From the NCBI GenBank assembly GCA_963706955.1, contig CAVPOC010000006.1, forward strand, positions 96,001-160,000: a DNA stretch of 64,000 nucleotides, in the 5' to 3' direction. The notes beneath the pieces were generated by a model. It was not told the origin of the DNA. It was given only the letters and a program-made list of their open reading frames with translations, and searched no databases. A program made the position numbers and the translations under genes. Source of the DNA: an uncultured Verrucomicrobiae bacterium (GTDB lineage: Bacteria > Verrucomicrobiota > Verrucomicrobiia > Chthoniobacterales > Terrimicrobiaceae). Positions 9,633-18,652 of the stretch are shown in pieces (position 1 is the first letter of the stretch; every line of letters starts with the position of its first letter).

Positions 9633-10679
9633 ATGTTTGCCACGTTGAACCTCCGCGCGCTGGCGGTGGCTACCCTGGCCACGTTACTCCTGATTGTGGG
9701 GGTATACGTCGGCTCTCGCAATCTGCAGAACTTCGATGCCGCCCTCGTGCCATACCTCGTTGGCACCCTGTTTGCGGCCTTTGGCATCGTGTATCGCTAT
9801 GTAGTGTGGCTTCAGCGGCCGCCGACGCGACGCTATTTCAGGCGCAGCCTTGAGTTGCTCTTTAGCGGAAAGTTCCTCTCCTACGGCTGGGAACTCCTCA
9901 AACACTTTATCGCGGACTTTCCCTTCCAGCGTTTCATTGCCCACCGAGGTCCACGTCGATTCTGGGGCCACTTTCTGATGTCTTGGGGTTGCATGATCGC
10001 GTTCGCGGTGACGATCCCGCTGACCTTTGGATGGATCCATTTTGGGCTGAAGCAAGGCGGCATCGATACTTATGAGGCGTTCGTCTTCGGCTACGAGGTC
10101 ATGGAGTTTCCGCTCAACAGCTTCATCGCTTACAACATCTTTCACATTTTGGATTGGTGTTCATGGATGGTAATTGCCGGGGTTCTCATCTTCATGCGGC
10201 GCCGCTTGACGGAGCTCGGCCAAATCACCTTGCAGACGTTCGAAGGCGACTGGCTTCCGTTAGTGCTCCTCCTGGCAATTTCGGTCACCGGACTCGGGTT
10301 GACCTGGGACTATGATTTGATGCACGGCAAGTATTACCCGTTTATGGCGGTAACCCATGCGATTACCGTGATCCTTTTTCTTATTTGGATCCCCTTCGGG
10401 AAGTTCTTTCACATTATCCAGCGGCCGGCGCAGCTTGGCATCGCCATCTATCGCAAGGCAGGTGCTGAGGGGCCGCAGGCTGTCTGTCCGCATACCGGGC
10501 AGGAGTTCGCGTCGCAGATGCAGATCAACGATCTCAAGGTGGTGACCAAAGAACTCGGCTTTAACTTCGATCTGGAAAACGGCGGCTCGCATCTTGACTT
10601 GAGCCCGCAGGGCAAGCGCGCAGCGCTGGCAAAGGCGCATCTGGCTGTGCGCAAGGAGGCCGGGCAGTTCTTTGGCTGA
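9633..10679 (+). CDS. NarI-like (nitrate reductase gamma family) heme-b membrane subunit
   Basis: About 6 TM helices. H-X17-H motif [19 protein letters not shown] resembles the NarI TM5 ligand pair; further His in WGHF and IFHI. Start 9633 preferred because 9555 lies upstream of the FNR box. Confidence 0.72.
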   Translation: MFATLNLRALAVATLATLLLIVGVYVGSRNLQNFDAALVPYLVGTLFAAFGIVYRYVVWLQRPPTRRYFRRSLELLFSGKFLSYGWELLKHFIADFPFQRFIAHRGPRRFWGHFLMSWGCMIAFAVTIPLTFGWIHFGLKQGGIDTYEAFVFGYEVMEFPLNSFIAYNIFHILDWCSWMVIAGVLIFMRRRLTELGQITLQTFEGDWLPLVLLLAISVTGLGLTWDYDLMHGKYYPFMAVTHAITVILFLIWIPFGKFFHIIQRPAQLGIAIYRKAGAEGPQAVCPHTGQEFASQMQINDLKVVTKELGFNFDLENGGSHLDLSPQGKRAALAKAHLAVRKEAGQFFG

Positions 10680-10699
10680 TCCCGGGAAGCGTTGGCAAT

Positions 10700-12994
10700 A
10701 TGGCAAAACTGCCCACTAGCGACGAAGCTCTGACCAGCCAGTTTGGGCCGCACCTTAACTATCCGCCGCGCGAAGGCTTCCCCGGACGGAACGAACCGGA
10801 CAAGATCGTCGAGACCCATTGCTGTTTCTGCGGGATGCAATGCGGCATCAAGCTTGTGGTCAAGGACAACAAGGTCGTCGGCTTCGAACCTTGGGAAGAG
10901 TTCCCCTTCAACGAGGGACGCCTCTGCCCGAAAGGCGTTCAGCGTTACCTGCAAAACAACCACCCGGACAGGCTGCTTTTCCCGTTGGAGCGGGTCGACG
11001 GTGCCGGCTTCAAGCGCACGAGTTGGGAGCACGCTTTCAAGAGAACGGTGTCTGAAATCCAGCGCATTCAGAGCAAATATGGACCCGATGCCTTTGGAAT
11101 GTTATCGGGTGTCTCCTTAACGAACGAGAAGAGCTACCTCGTCGGCAAGTTTGCCCGAGTGGCTCTCAAGACTCGCAATCTCGACTACAATGGCAGGCTC
11201 TGCATGGTCAGTGCTGGCGCAGGGAACAAGAAAGCCTTTGGTCTGGATCGGGGATCGAACAATTACTCCGACCTCAAACACGCAGAGGTAGTCATGATCT
11301 GCGGTACCAATGTCAGTGAGACGTTTCCAACATTGACGCACTGGCTTTGGCAGGCGCGTGATAATGGCGCGAAGCTTGTCGTCGTCGATCCACGGCTGAC
11401 CCCTATCGCGCGCACGGCCGATTTGCACCTGCCAATCCGGCCAGGCCGCGACTCCGCGCTCTACGGCGCGATGCTGCATCAACTGATCAAGCATGACTGG
11501 CTTGATCACGCGTTCATCGACAACTACACAAGCGGTTTTGAGGAAGCGGCCGCCGCGGTCAAGGATTATGACCTGAACTGGGCCGAAGAGGTCACCGGGA
11601 TCGCGAAGGATAAGATTATGCGTGCTGCCGAATGGTGGGGCCAGGCGAAGACCAGCTTCCTGATGCATGCTCGGGGGATTGAGCACCAAACCAAAGGTGT
11701 CGAGAACGTCAGTGCTTGCATTAATCTGGTCCTTGCGACTGGCCGCCTCGGCAAACCGTATTGTGGTTACGCCACCATTACCGGACAGGGTAATGGTCAA
11801 GGAGGCCGCGAGCACGGACATAAGTGCGACCAACTTCCAGGCAATCGCGACATCGAAAATCCCGACCACCGGCGTTACATCAGCGAAGTCTGGGGTATCG
11901 ACGAGAAGGAGCTGCCAGGGAAAGGGTTGACCGCTTACGAGCTTATGCAGGCAATCCACCAGGGCGAAATTAAGGGACTCATCTCGATTTGCTTCAATCC
12001 GGTTGTTTCGCTTCCCAATAATAACATGATTCGAGAGGCGCTCGAGAAACTAGAATTTTACTGTGCGATAGATTTCTTCCTCAACGAGACTGCGCACTAC
12101 GCTGACATCGTGCTGGCGGGCTCATTGCACGAAGAAGAGGAGGGCACGGTCACCACCGCCGAGGGTCGCGTGACGCGCATTCGGCAGGCCGTCACGCCGC
12201 CGGGAGAGGCGCGCACCGACACCGAGATCATTCTTGAACTGGCCCGACGTCTCGGAGCGGAGAAACATTTTTCCTTTGGCACCTCTGAGGACATCTTCAA
12301 CGAGCTGCGTGTCGCTTCAAAAGGCGGTACCGCCGATTATTTCGGGATCACTTACGAGAAGATTGAGAAGAACATGGGCGTCTTCTGGCCTTGCCCCAGC
12401 CTCGATCATCCAGGCACACCGCGCCTTTGGGAAGACCGCAAATTCAAAACACCCGATGGCAAAGCGCACTTCGTTCCCGTCGCCTACCGCGATCCCGGCG
12501 AGGTGGCCGACGCAGAATTTCCAGTAATCTTGACGACAGGCCGTGTCGTCTCGCAATACCTCAGCGGCACGCAGACGCGTCGCATCGGCAGGCTGGTCGA
12601 CCAGTATCCGGAACCGCTCCTGGAAATTCACCCAAAGCTTGCGGCCCAGTATGGTATTTCCGACCGAGAGTTGGTTCGCGTGGTCTCGCGACGCGCTAGT
12701 GCCGAATTTCCGGCTCAGTTAGTGGAAACGATTCGCGAAGATACGGTTTTTGTTCCGTACCATTGGGCTGGCAAGAAGTCGATCAACCAGCTCACCTCGG
12801 GCCATCTGGACCCAGTTTCGAAAATCCCAGAGTTCAAGGTGAGTGCGGTGCGGTTGGAGCCACTTGGCAAGGAAGCCCCACCACCGAAACAAAGCAGCCT
12901 CCAGCCAAGCGGCGGCTCACCAGCCCATCCGAGTCCAAAGCCCCCGCCGGTTCACGAATTTGCCCGCGCACCCAAAGAGCCCGCTCCTGATTGA
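10700..12994 (+). CDS. Mo-bisPGD oxidoreductase catalytic subunit, Nas/Nap nitrate-reductase-like
   Basis: [4Fe-4S] motif HCCFCGMQC...[13 protein letters not shown] (Cys-Met as in NapA/NasA), [26 protein letters not shown]; no Tat signal. Confidence 0.88.
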   Translation: MAKLPTSDEALTSQFGPHLNYPPREGFPGRNEPDKIVETHCCFCGMQCGIKLVVKDNKVVGFEPWEEFPFNEGRLCPKGVQRYLQNNHPDRLLFPLERVDGAGFKRTSWEHAFKRTVSEIQRIQSKYGPDAFGMLSGVSLTNEKSYLVGKFARVALKTRNLDYNGRLCMVSAGAGNKKAFGLDRGSNNYSDLKHAEVVMICGTNVSETFPTLTHWLWQARDNGAKLVVVDPRLTPIARTADLHLPIRPGRDSALYGAMLHQLIKHDWLDHAFIDNYTSGFEEAAAAVKDYDLNWAEEVTGIAKDKIMRAAEWWGQAKTSFLMHARGIEHQTKGVENVSACINLVLATGRLGKPYCGYATITGQGNGQGGREHGHKCDQLPGNRDIENPDHRRYISEVWGIDEKELPGKGLTAYELMQAIHQGEIKGLISICFNPVVSLPNNNMIREALEKLEFYCAIDFFLNETAHYADIVLAGSLHEEEEGTVTTAEGRVTRIRQAVTPPGEARTDTEIILELARRLGAEKHFSFGTSEDIFNELRVASKGGTADYFGITYEKIEKNMGVFWPCPSLDHPGTPRLWEDRKFKTPDGKAHFVPVAYRDPGEVADAEFPVILTTGRVVSQYLSGTQTRRIGRLVDQYPEPLLEIHPKLAAQYGISDRELVRVVSRRASAEFPAQLVETIREDTVFVPYHWAGKKSINQLTSGHLDPVSKIPEFKVSAVRLEPLGKEAPPPKQSSLQPSGGSPAHPSPKPPPVHEFARAPKEPAPD

Positions 12995-13026
12995 TCGTCC
13001 AACTTTAACCTCAAACGCAACTGACC

Positions 13027-13593
13027 ATGCTCCTTCAATTCAAGCAGGAAGAAGAGTTCTTCATGGACCCACAGCGTTGCATCGGCTGCCACGCGTGCGA
13101 AATGGCGTGTGCCGAATGCGAAACCAACGGGCAGACGCCGATGGTGAGTGTCGATTACGTCGAGCGTTACCTTTCCCCGCAAACCAGTGTCCAGATCTGC
13201 ATGCATTGCGAAGACCCGGCCTGCGCCAAAGTTTGCCCCGCCGATGCTATTCAGAAAGATGAGTTTGGCATCGTGCATAGCGCCAATACTGCGCGCTGCA
13301 TCTCCTGCTCCAACTGCGTCTATGCATGCCCATTTGGGGTGCCGAAAAAGGCCGAACCGATGCAGCTCATGATCAAGTGCAACATGTGCTACGACCGCAC
13401 CAGCGCCGGCAAGAAACCGATGTGCGCCACCGTCTGCCCGAGCGGGGCGCTTTGGTACGGAACGCGAGAAAAAATGCGTGAATTGCGTCCGAACAGCACC
13501 CCAGTGAATACTTTTCGCTTTGGTAGACAAACCGTAAAAACAAAAGTCAACGTCATGATGCCCAAGGGCAGCAGTGAGCTTGTGGTGGACTGA
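13027..13593 (+). CDS. Four-cluster iron-sulfur electron-transfer subunit (DmsB/NrfC-like)
   Basis: Four Cys groups: [39 protein letters not shown]...CATVC. Confidence 0.92.
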   Translation: MLLQFKQEEEFFMDPQRCIGCHACEMACAECETNGQTPMVSVDYVERYLSPQTSVQICMHCEDPACAKVCPADAIQKDEFGIVHSANTARCISCSNCVYACPFGVPKKAEPMQLMIKCNMCYDRTSAGKKPMCATVCPSGALWYGTREKMRELRPNSTPVNTFRFGRQTVKTKVNVMMPKGSSELVVD

Positions 13594-13597
13594 TACC

Positions 13598-14125
13598 ATG
13601 AATAAAGATATCGAAGCCCCCCTGCCGTCGCGGCCAGCATGGAACGCCGATTTCCCGATCGACCGTGTCGAAGCGCAGCATGTCTTACGGCGAGAATTCG
13701 CGAAGTATCTTGTCCTCGTGTCTGGCGGGCTCGCTGCCGGCAGCGCATGGGTTGCCGTCCGTGACAAGCTCTTCCCGCATCAGCCCATCACCGGTGAGCA
13801 TCTCATCTGCAAGACACAGGACGTGCCGGTCGGCGGCACACATGCCTTTACGCTTCCGGGGAGCGCAGTGCCGTACATCCTTATCAACCTTGGTAACGAT
13901 GAATGGCGTGCCTTCGAGCAAAAGTGCACCCACCTCTCCTGCGCGGTGTTCTACCAGCCGAAAGAAGGCAAGATCGAATGTCCTTGCCACAACGGCTGGT
14001 TCGACGCGCGGACCGGCGCTCCACTCCAAGGCCCCCCGCAGCGGCCCCTCCCTCAGCTCCAGCTGGAAGTTCGGGGCGACGACATTTTCATTGTGCCATC
14101 GAAGCACGAAGAGCACAGCGCTTAA
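13598..14125 (+). CDS. Rieske [2Fe-2S] protein with twin-arginine/TM N-terminus
   Basis: LRREF followed by a hydrophobic helix; CTHLSC and CPCH boxes; GPP.RPL. Confidence 0.92.
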   Translation: MNKDIEAPLPSRPAWNADFPIDRVEAQHVLRREFAKYLVLVSGGLAAGSAWVAVRDKLFPHQPITGEHLICKTQDVPVGGTHAFTLPGSAVPYILINLGNDEWRAFEQKCTHLSCAVFYQPKEGKIECPCHNGWFDARTGAPLQGPPQRPLPQLQLEVRGDDIFIVPSKHEEHSA

Positions 14126-14131
14126 AGTCGC

Positions 14132-15643
14132 ATGTCTGCTACTCGACAGGCTCTGAGTCAGGTTCACCCGGCAAAGACAAATGTCCTCTCTGCCGGGCTG
14201 ATTTGTGTCCTGATCTTAATTGTCAGCCTCCAGATCTGGCTGCTCAGTGCGAGTTTGAACACTTCGCTTGGAGGGGAGGCTGGTATCGCCTGGCCGGCGT
14301 TTTATGCCTCGGTAGTCTTGTTCTTGGCGAGCCTTGTGGCGCTTAGCTATCTGCCTCTGCCGATTCGATTGCCGGTGGTGATTGAACGCGAGGAGGCGTT
14401 TACCGATGCGGCACTTGCCTGGCGCACGCTTGGGATTAGTGCAGTCTCGCTTGGGCTCGCGTTTGCGGTGTGGTTCATGTGGTCGGCGATCACCGTGAAG
14501 ATCAACGATGCCGGCTTTGGTTTATCCAAGAACCAGCTTTTCTGGCTGACAGCCACTCCGGTCATCCTCGGTTCTCTGCTGCGCATTCCTTATGGTTTGA
14601 TTGTTTCGCGCTTCGGCAGCAGGCGCAGCTATGCCGTCGTAACACTCCTGCTTTTGCTGCCTGCGCTCGGAACCGCCTGGGCGGTCCGAGATCCGAAAAC
14701 TCCGTATGGGATGCTGCTCCTCTGGTCTGCACTGACTGGAATTGCCGGCGCCAACTTCGCCACTTCGATGGCCACGGTCACACTCTGGTTTCCCAAGAAG
14801 CTGCAAGGATCGGCACTTGGCATAAACGGCTTGGGCAACCTCGGAGTGACAGTCGCCCAGTTTACCGTCCCACTGGTTATCGGGTTTTCGCTGGCCGGTA
14901 TGGCTGGGGCTACACCTGACGCAGTCGCGCCTCTCAACCTCGAGAACGCCGCGCTGGTCTGGGTGCCCTTCATCCTGATCTGTACCGCCGCAATCTGGTT
15001 CTGGACGGAAGACTACCCGTCTAAGCCGCAGACGATAGCTTCCCAGCTGGTTGCGGGGAAACGGCTTCACACCTGGGTTCTTTCGCTGCTCTACTTTCTG
15101 ACTTTTGGCTGTTTTGTGGCCATGGGTGCCTCTCTTCCTCTCATTATCAAAGAAGTTTTTGCTTCGGCGCCTGGCGGCGCCCCAAGTCCGTTGCTCTACG
15201 CACCGTGGGCGGCAGCCATCGCCACCCTCATGCGACCGGTCGGAGGCTGGTTGGCGGATAAGTTTGGGGCTGGTCTGATCACAACGATCTCGATCGGCAC
15301 CATGGCAATCGGAGGGTTCAGCCTTTCGGCGTTTCTTCAACCGGACGGTTTCGCAGGATTCTTTGCCGTGGTCCTGGTCATTTGCGCGGCTTCGGGACTT
15401 GGCAACGGCAGCGTCTTCAAGATTATTCCGCTCGTGCTCGCGAAAGAGGCGGGCGCCGCGATTGGCATTGTCAGTTGCATCGGAGCCTTGGGTGGCTTTG
15501 TTCCGCCGCTCTTGCTCGGATGGACGATGGGTGCCTTTGGAAGTCCAGCGTGGGCTTACACTGCGATGGCCTTATTCGCTCTGCTCTGCCTGGCAGTTAA
15601 CGGCTATTTCTATCATCGCAGCAGTTCGCCAACCCACTGTTAG
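14132..15643 (+). CDS. narK: NarK-type nitrate/nitrite MFS transporter with an extra N-terminal two-TM module
   Basis: AFAVW, GSLLRIPYG, GIAGANFA, G.ALGIN.GLGNLG, YFLTFG, RPVGGWLADK, GNGSVFK; about 90 aa N-terminal extension containing LQIWLL. Confidence 0.88.
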   Translation: MSATRQALSQVHPAKTNVLSAGLICVLILIVSLQIWLLSASLNTSLGGEAGIAWPAFYASVVLFLASLVALSYLPLPIRLPVVIEREEAFTDAALAWRTLGISAVSLGLAFAVWFMWSAITVKINDAGFGLSKNQLFWLTATPVILGSLLRIPYGLIVSRFGSRRSYAVVTLLLLLPALGTAWAVRDPKTPYGMLLLWSALTGIAGANFATSMATVTLWFPKKLQGSALGINGLGNLGVTVAQFTVPLVIGFSLAGMAGATPDAVAPLNLENAALVWVPFILICTAAIWFWTEDYPSKPQTIASQLVAGKRLHTWVLSLLYFLTFGCFVAMGASLPLIIKEVFASAPGGAPSPLLYAPWAAAIATLMRPVGGWLADKFGAGLITTISIGTMAIGGFSLSAFLQPDGFAGFFAVVLVICAASGLGNGSVFKIIPLVLAKEAGAAIGIVSCIGALGGFVPPLLLGWTMGAFGSPAWAYTAMALFALLCLAVNGYFYHRSSSPTHC

Positions 15644-15689
15644 AAAAAGCGGCCAACATCCCGACCGGTTCTCGTAGCCCAGATGACCA

Positions 15690-15995
15690 ATGGATTTGTC
15701 GACTAACTATCTCGGCATGAAGCTGCGCACGCCGCTCGTGGCTTCGGCTTCACCTTTATCTCGCAATGTTGACGACGTGAAACGTCTGGAGGAGGCCGGA
15801 GCTGCGGCCGTCGTCTTTCACTCCGTCTTCGCGGAACAACTGCAGTCCAGCGCCAAAGCTGCAGACTTCAGAGTGGACCCCGAACTTTATCTCAACCACA
15901 TCGCACAAGCAAAGGAGAGCGTAAGCATCCCGGTCATTGGTAGCGTGAATGCCGCAGCCCCCGGCAGCTGGGTCGGCTATGTTCGACGGGCGCGC
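15690..15995 (+). pseudogene. Truncated dihydroorotate-dehydrogenase-like protein (N-terminal ~100 aa)
   Basis: MDLSTNYLGMKLRTPLVASASPL..AGAAAVV.HS..IPVIGSVN. Similarity stops where a palindromic repeat begins; the family is normally ~300+ aa. Confidence 0.75.
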
Positions 15996-16009
15996 CTCCA
16001 GGGCCAGTG

Positions 16010-16385
16010 TTGGGCAACGCCCAAGGTGCCGAGCACGCAGAACAGCAGGAGCGCTGAAGGCGCGATTCATCCAACGTCGTCTTTCGACAATGGACCACCG
16101 TGTCCTGATCGCGGGAGGGATCCCAGGACTGGTTTGCGAACGATCGTTGCTTCTATGGGCAGCGCGTTTTTGTAGGGCGAGCGAGTTCGATGCGCTTCTT
16201 GTTTGCTTGGAACACAGCCCAAGACAGCGGCGACCGGCCGCAAACTTGACTACGAGTTTGAGGAAGCTCATGTCGGGGGAGCTACGTCTGTGAATCGCGC
16301 TTTCAACGCTGATTATTTGAGTGCGTGTTGCCTTGGCGTTGCCCAAGGTTAGCTAATAAGACCGCGCCCTTGGCGCTGAAACATA
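16010..16385. repeat. Composite inverted-repeat element (REPIN/MITE-like), copy 1
   Basis: Left arm TTGGGCAACGCCCAAGG (16010) and AGCGCTGAAGGCGCGATTCA (16050). Right arm TGAATCGCGCTTTCAACGCT (16291), CCTTGGCGTTGCCCAA (16331) and CGCGCCCTTGGCGCTG. Confidence 0.75.
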
Positions 16386-16455
16386 CGTCGAGCCGCTGTG
16401 ACTTCTCCTTGTCCTCATTCGTCGCACGTAGCCATCCCACGCCTTCGAGTAGAAC

Positions 16456-17673
16456 TCAGGACCCGGCGTTATTCGGCTTCGGCGATCTCCCAATCGAGGC
16501 GGCAGCATAGACATCCTTGACGCTTACGCCAGCGCTATTGGCGACTTCAAGGCATGACGAATATTCAGGAACCGTCTGGACAAGTTCGTCGCCGAGAAAA
16601 CCAAGCTTGACGCGGACCGTCCCGTAGGGCGTCTCGCGTTGATGGAATTCGCGCCTGAGCTTCACGCGTTGAGCACGATGCATGCGCACGCCGAAAGCCG
16701 TCGTTTCGGTGAGAAGGATCTGGGCGATTTCGGAGCTCTTCTCGTTCGGGCAAAGCACCGTGACGACAAACCCAGGTCGATTCTTCTTCATTTGCGCTGG
16801 TGTGAAAAAGACATCCAGCGCCCCGGCTGCAAAGAGTCGCTCCATAGCCGCACCTGCCAGTTCCGGGCTGAAGTCGTCTAGGTTCGTCTCGATTTGGGTG
16901 ATTTCGTCGTTTTCGGTGGCAACTATGTCCTGGCACTCGCCCAGGATGGCGCGAAGGACGTTTGGTCGTTTCGCGACGTCCCGAGTGCCTAGCCCGTAGC
17001 CAATCTTGTCGATCTTCATTTGGGCCATCGGACCGAAAGAGGAGCAGAACTCCGCCAGCAATGCTGCTCCGGTCGGGGTAATCAACTCGTCAGGCTCGTC
17101 AATTTGACCGATCGGTACACCCAAGAGAATTTCGAGAGTCGCAGGAGCCGGCACCGGAAGCTTGCCGTGAGCGCAACTCAAGGTGCCGGAGCCATCGACC
17201 AAAGCAGAGGCAAGGAGCGATTCAATTCCAAGCGCTTCGATGCCGGCGCAGGCGGCGACGATGTCCGCGATAGAATCCAAGGCGCCGACTTCGTGAAAAG
17301 TCACATTCTCGGCGGGAACGCCGTGGATCTTCCCTTCCGCAATCGCCATCCGTTGGAAAACGGCAACGCTCTTTGTTTTGACGAAACGGCTGAGATCGCT
17401 GTCTTCGATGAGGCTGCGAATTTCCGAGAAGCTCCGTCCGTGCTCATGTGCGTGCTGGACCTGACCGGAATGGTCGTGAGTGTGCACGTCGAATTTCCAA
17501 CCGGCGACACCTTGGCGGATACCTCGAGAAAAATGAAGGTGGACGCCTTCCGACAGGCCAAGGGCCGTGATCGCACTCTGGAAAGTGCTTTCCTCCACTC
17601 CGAGATCCCGCAGTGCGCCGACCATCATGTCGCCGCTGATGCCCGAAAAGCAGTCTAGGTAGAGAGTGCGCAT
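16456..17673 (-). CDS. larC: Nickel pincer cofactor biosynthesis protein LarC
   Basis: YLDCFSGISGDM, His-rich loop, FHEVGALDSIADI, HGKLPVPAPAT, TPTGAA, ETNLDD, MKKNRPG, PEY. Confidence 0.95.
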   Translation of the reverse strand: MRTLYLDCFSGISGDMMVGALRDLGVEESTFQSAITALGLSEGVHLHFSRGIRQGVAGWKFDVHTHDHSGQVQHAHEHGRSFSEIRSLIEDSDLSRFVKTKSVAVFQRMAIAEGKIHGVPAENVTFHEVGALDSIADIVAACAGIEALGIESLLASALVDGSGTLSCAHGKLPVPAPATLEILLGVPIGQIDEPDELITPTGAALLAEFCSSFGPMAQMKIDKIGYGLGTRDVAKRPNVLRAILGECQDIVATENDEITQIETNLDDFSPELAGAAMERLFAAGALDVFFTPAQMKKNRPGFVVTVLCPNEKSSEIAQILLTETTAFGVRMHRAQRVKLRREFHQRETPYGTVRVKLGFLGDELVQTVPEYSSCLEVANSAGVSVKDVYAAASIGRSPKPNNAGS

Positions 17674-17857
17674 AAGTCGCCAAGTCGAGAAGTTGCCCTG
17701 CGAGCCAACGATTGCCTGGAGCTAACGAAGCCTCGCCTTAAGCCGAAGTAAAGAAGGCAGGTCCAGGACGAAATGCCGGTTATCGAACCGCGGTTTCTGC
17801 GCTCCTCCAATCTTCACACCTTGCGGACGCCTTACTTCACGTGCCCCCAGGTGCATG

Positions 17858-18298
17858 CTAGAACCCTTGATTTCGGGCGAGCTTTTCAAGCTCGACCTGA
17901 AAGTCCATGACGTCCTGCTGACTTGGGCGATATCCGGGGGTGCTCGGATTAAGTCCCAAGCGACCGGTCTGATCGAGGTACCACTCGGCAGTCTGTCCAT
18001 CGGAGAACGTGGCGCGTCCGCTGACCATTGCGCCGGGACGAGTGATCTGGTCGATGGTCACGGCGACTTTGCCGCTGGCGGGGGCTGCAGCCTTGTCTGG
18101 TGGTGGCAGCGGTGGTGGCTCGATTGGGCGTTCGGGTTCCTTGAGCGCAAGCTTGAGGTCATCAGCGAGCAGGCGAGTCTCGAGATATGTCAAAGAAATC
18201 TGAAACTCTTCCTTAAGGCGTTTCTGTATGTCGGGGAGGCTGGCACCCTGCTCGATCCACTTGGAAATGGCAGCTCTTTGGTCTTCGGTAAGGCTCAT
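17858..18298 (-). CDS. Hypothetical protein (146 aa)
   Basis: Clean ORF with a helical N-domain, Pro-rich linker and beta-rich C-domain; TACGTT -10-like hexamer 8 nt upstream of the ATG. Confidence 0.7.
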   Translation of the reverse strand: MSLTEDQRAAISKWIEQGASLPDIQKRLKEEFQISLTYLETRLLADDLKLALKEPERPIEPPPLPPPDKAAAPASGKVAVTIDQITRPGAMVSGRATFSDGQTAEWYLDQTGRLGLNPSTPGYRPSQQDVMDFQVELEKLARNQGF

Positions 18299-18372
18299 GA
18301 GAATTGAACGTATCGTCCCAGAGAACTCGAATTAGTCAAAGACAAGGCGGGTGATGACTCGAAAATCCGCGC

Positions 18373-18648
18373 CTAACCTCCGGCGATCGCGGGAACGATA
18401 CTGATTTCGTCACCTTCCTTAACGGCGGTATTCTTGTCGTCGAGGAAGCGAATATCCTCGTCGTTGAGGAAGATGTTAACGAAGCGGCGAATGTTGCCTT
18501 GTTCGTCACAAATGCGCTCGGCCAGGCCGGGATAGGACTTCTCAAGGCTCACGAGAATCTCGGAGATTGTGTGGCCGTCGGCAGGGACGACCTCTTCTTC
18601 TCGGGTAAGTTTGCGGAGCGGTGTAGGGATACGAACGGATGTGGACAT
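18373..18648 (-). CDS. MoaD/ThiS/CysO family sulfur-carrier protein
   Basis: VRIPTPLRK, RRFVNIFLNDEDIRFL, C-terminal PAIAGG. Confidence 0.93.
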   Translation of the reverse strand: MSTSVRIPTPLRKLTREEEVVPADGHTISEILVSLEKSYPGLAERICDEQGNIRRFVNIFLNDEDIRFLDDKNTAVKEGDEISIVPAIAGG

Positions 18649-18652
18649 GACT

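Noticed and set aside
10700..12994. Formate dehydrogenase, NarG or arsenite oxidase identity for the Mo subunit
   Set aside because: It has RLCM rather than Cys/Sec-His, is far shorter than NarG, and has a four-Cys cluster plus a Cys ligand unlike AioA.
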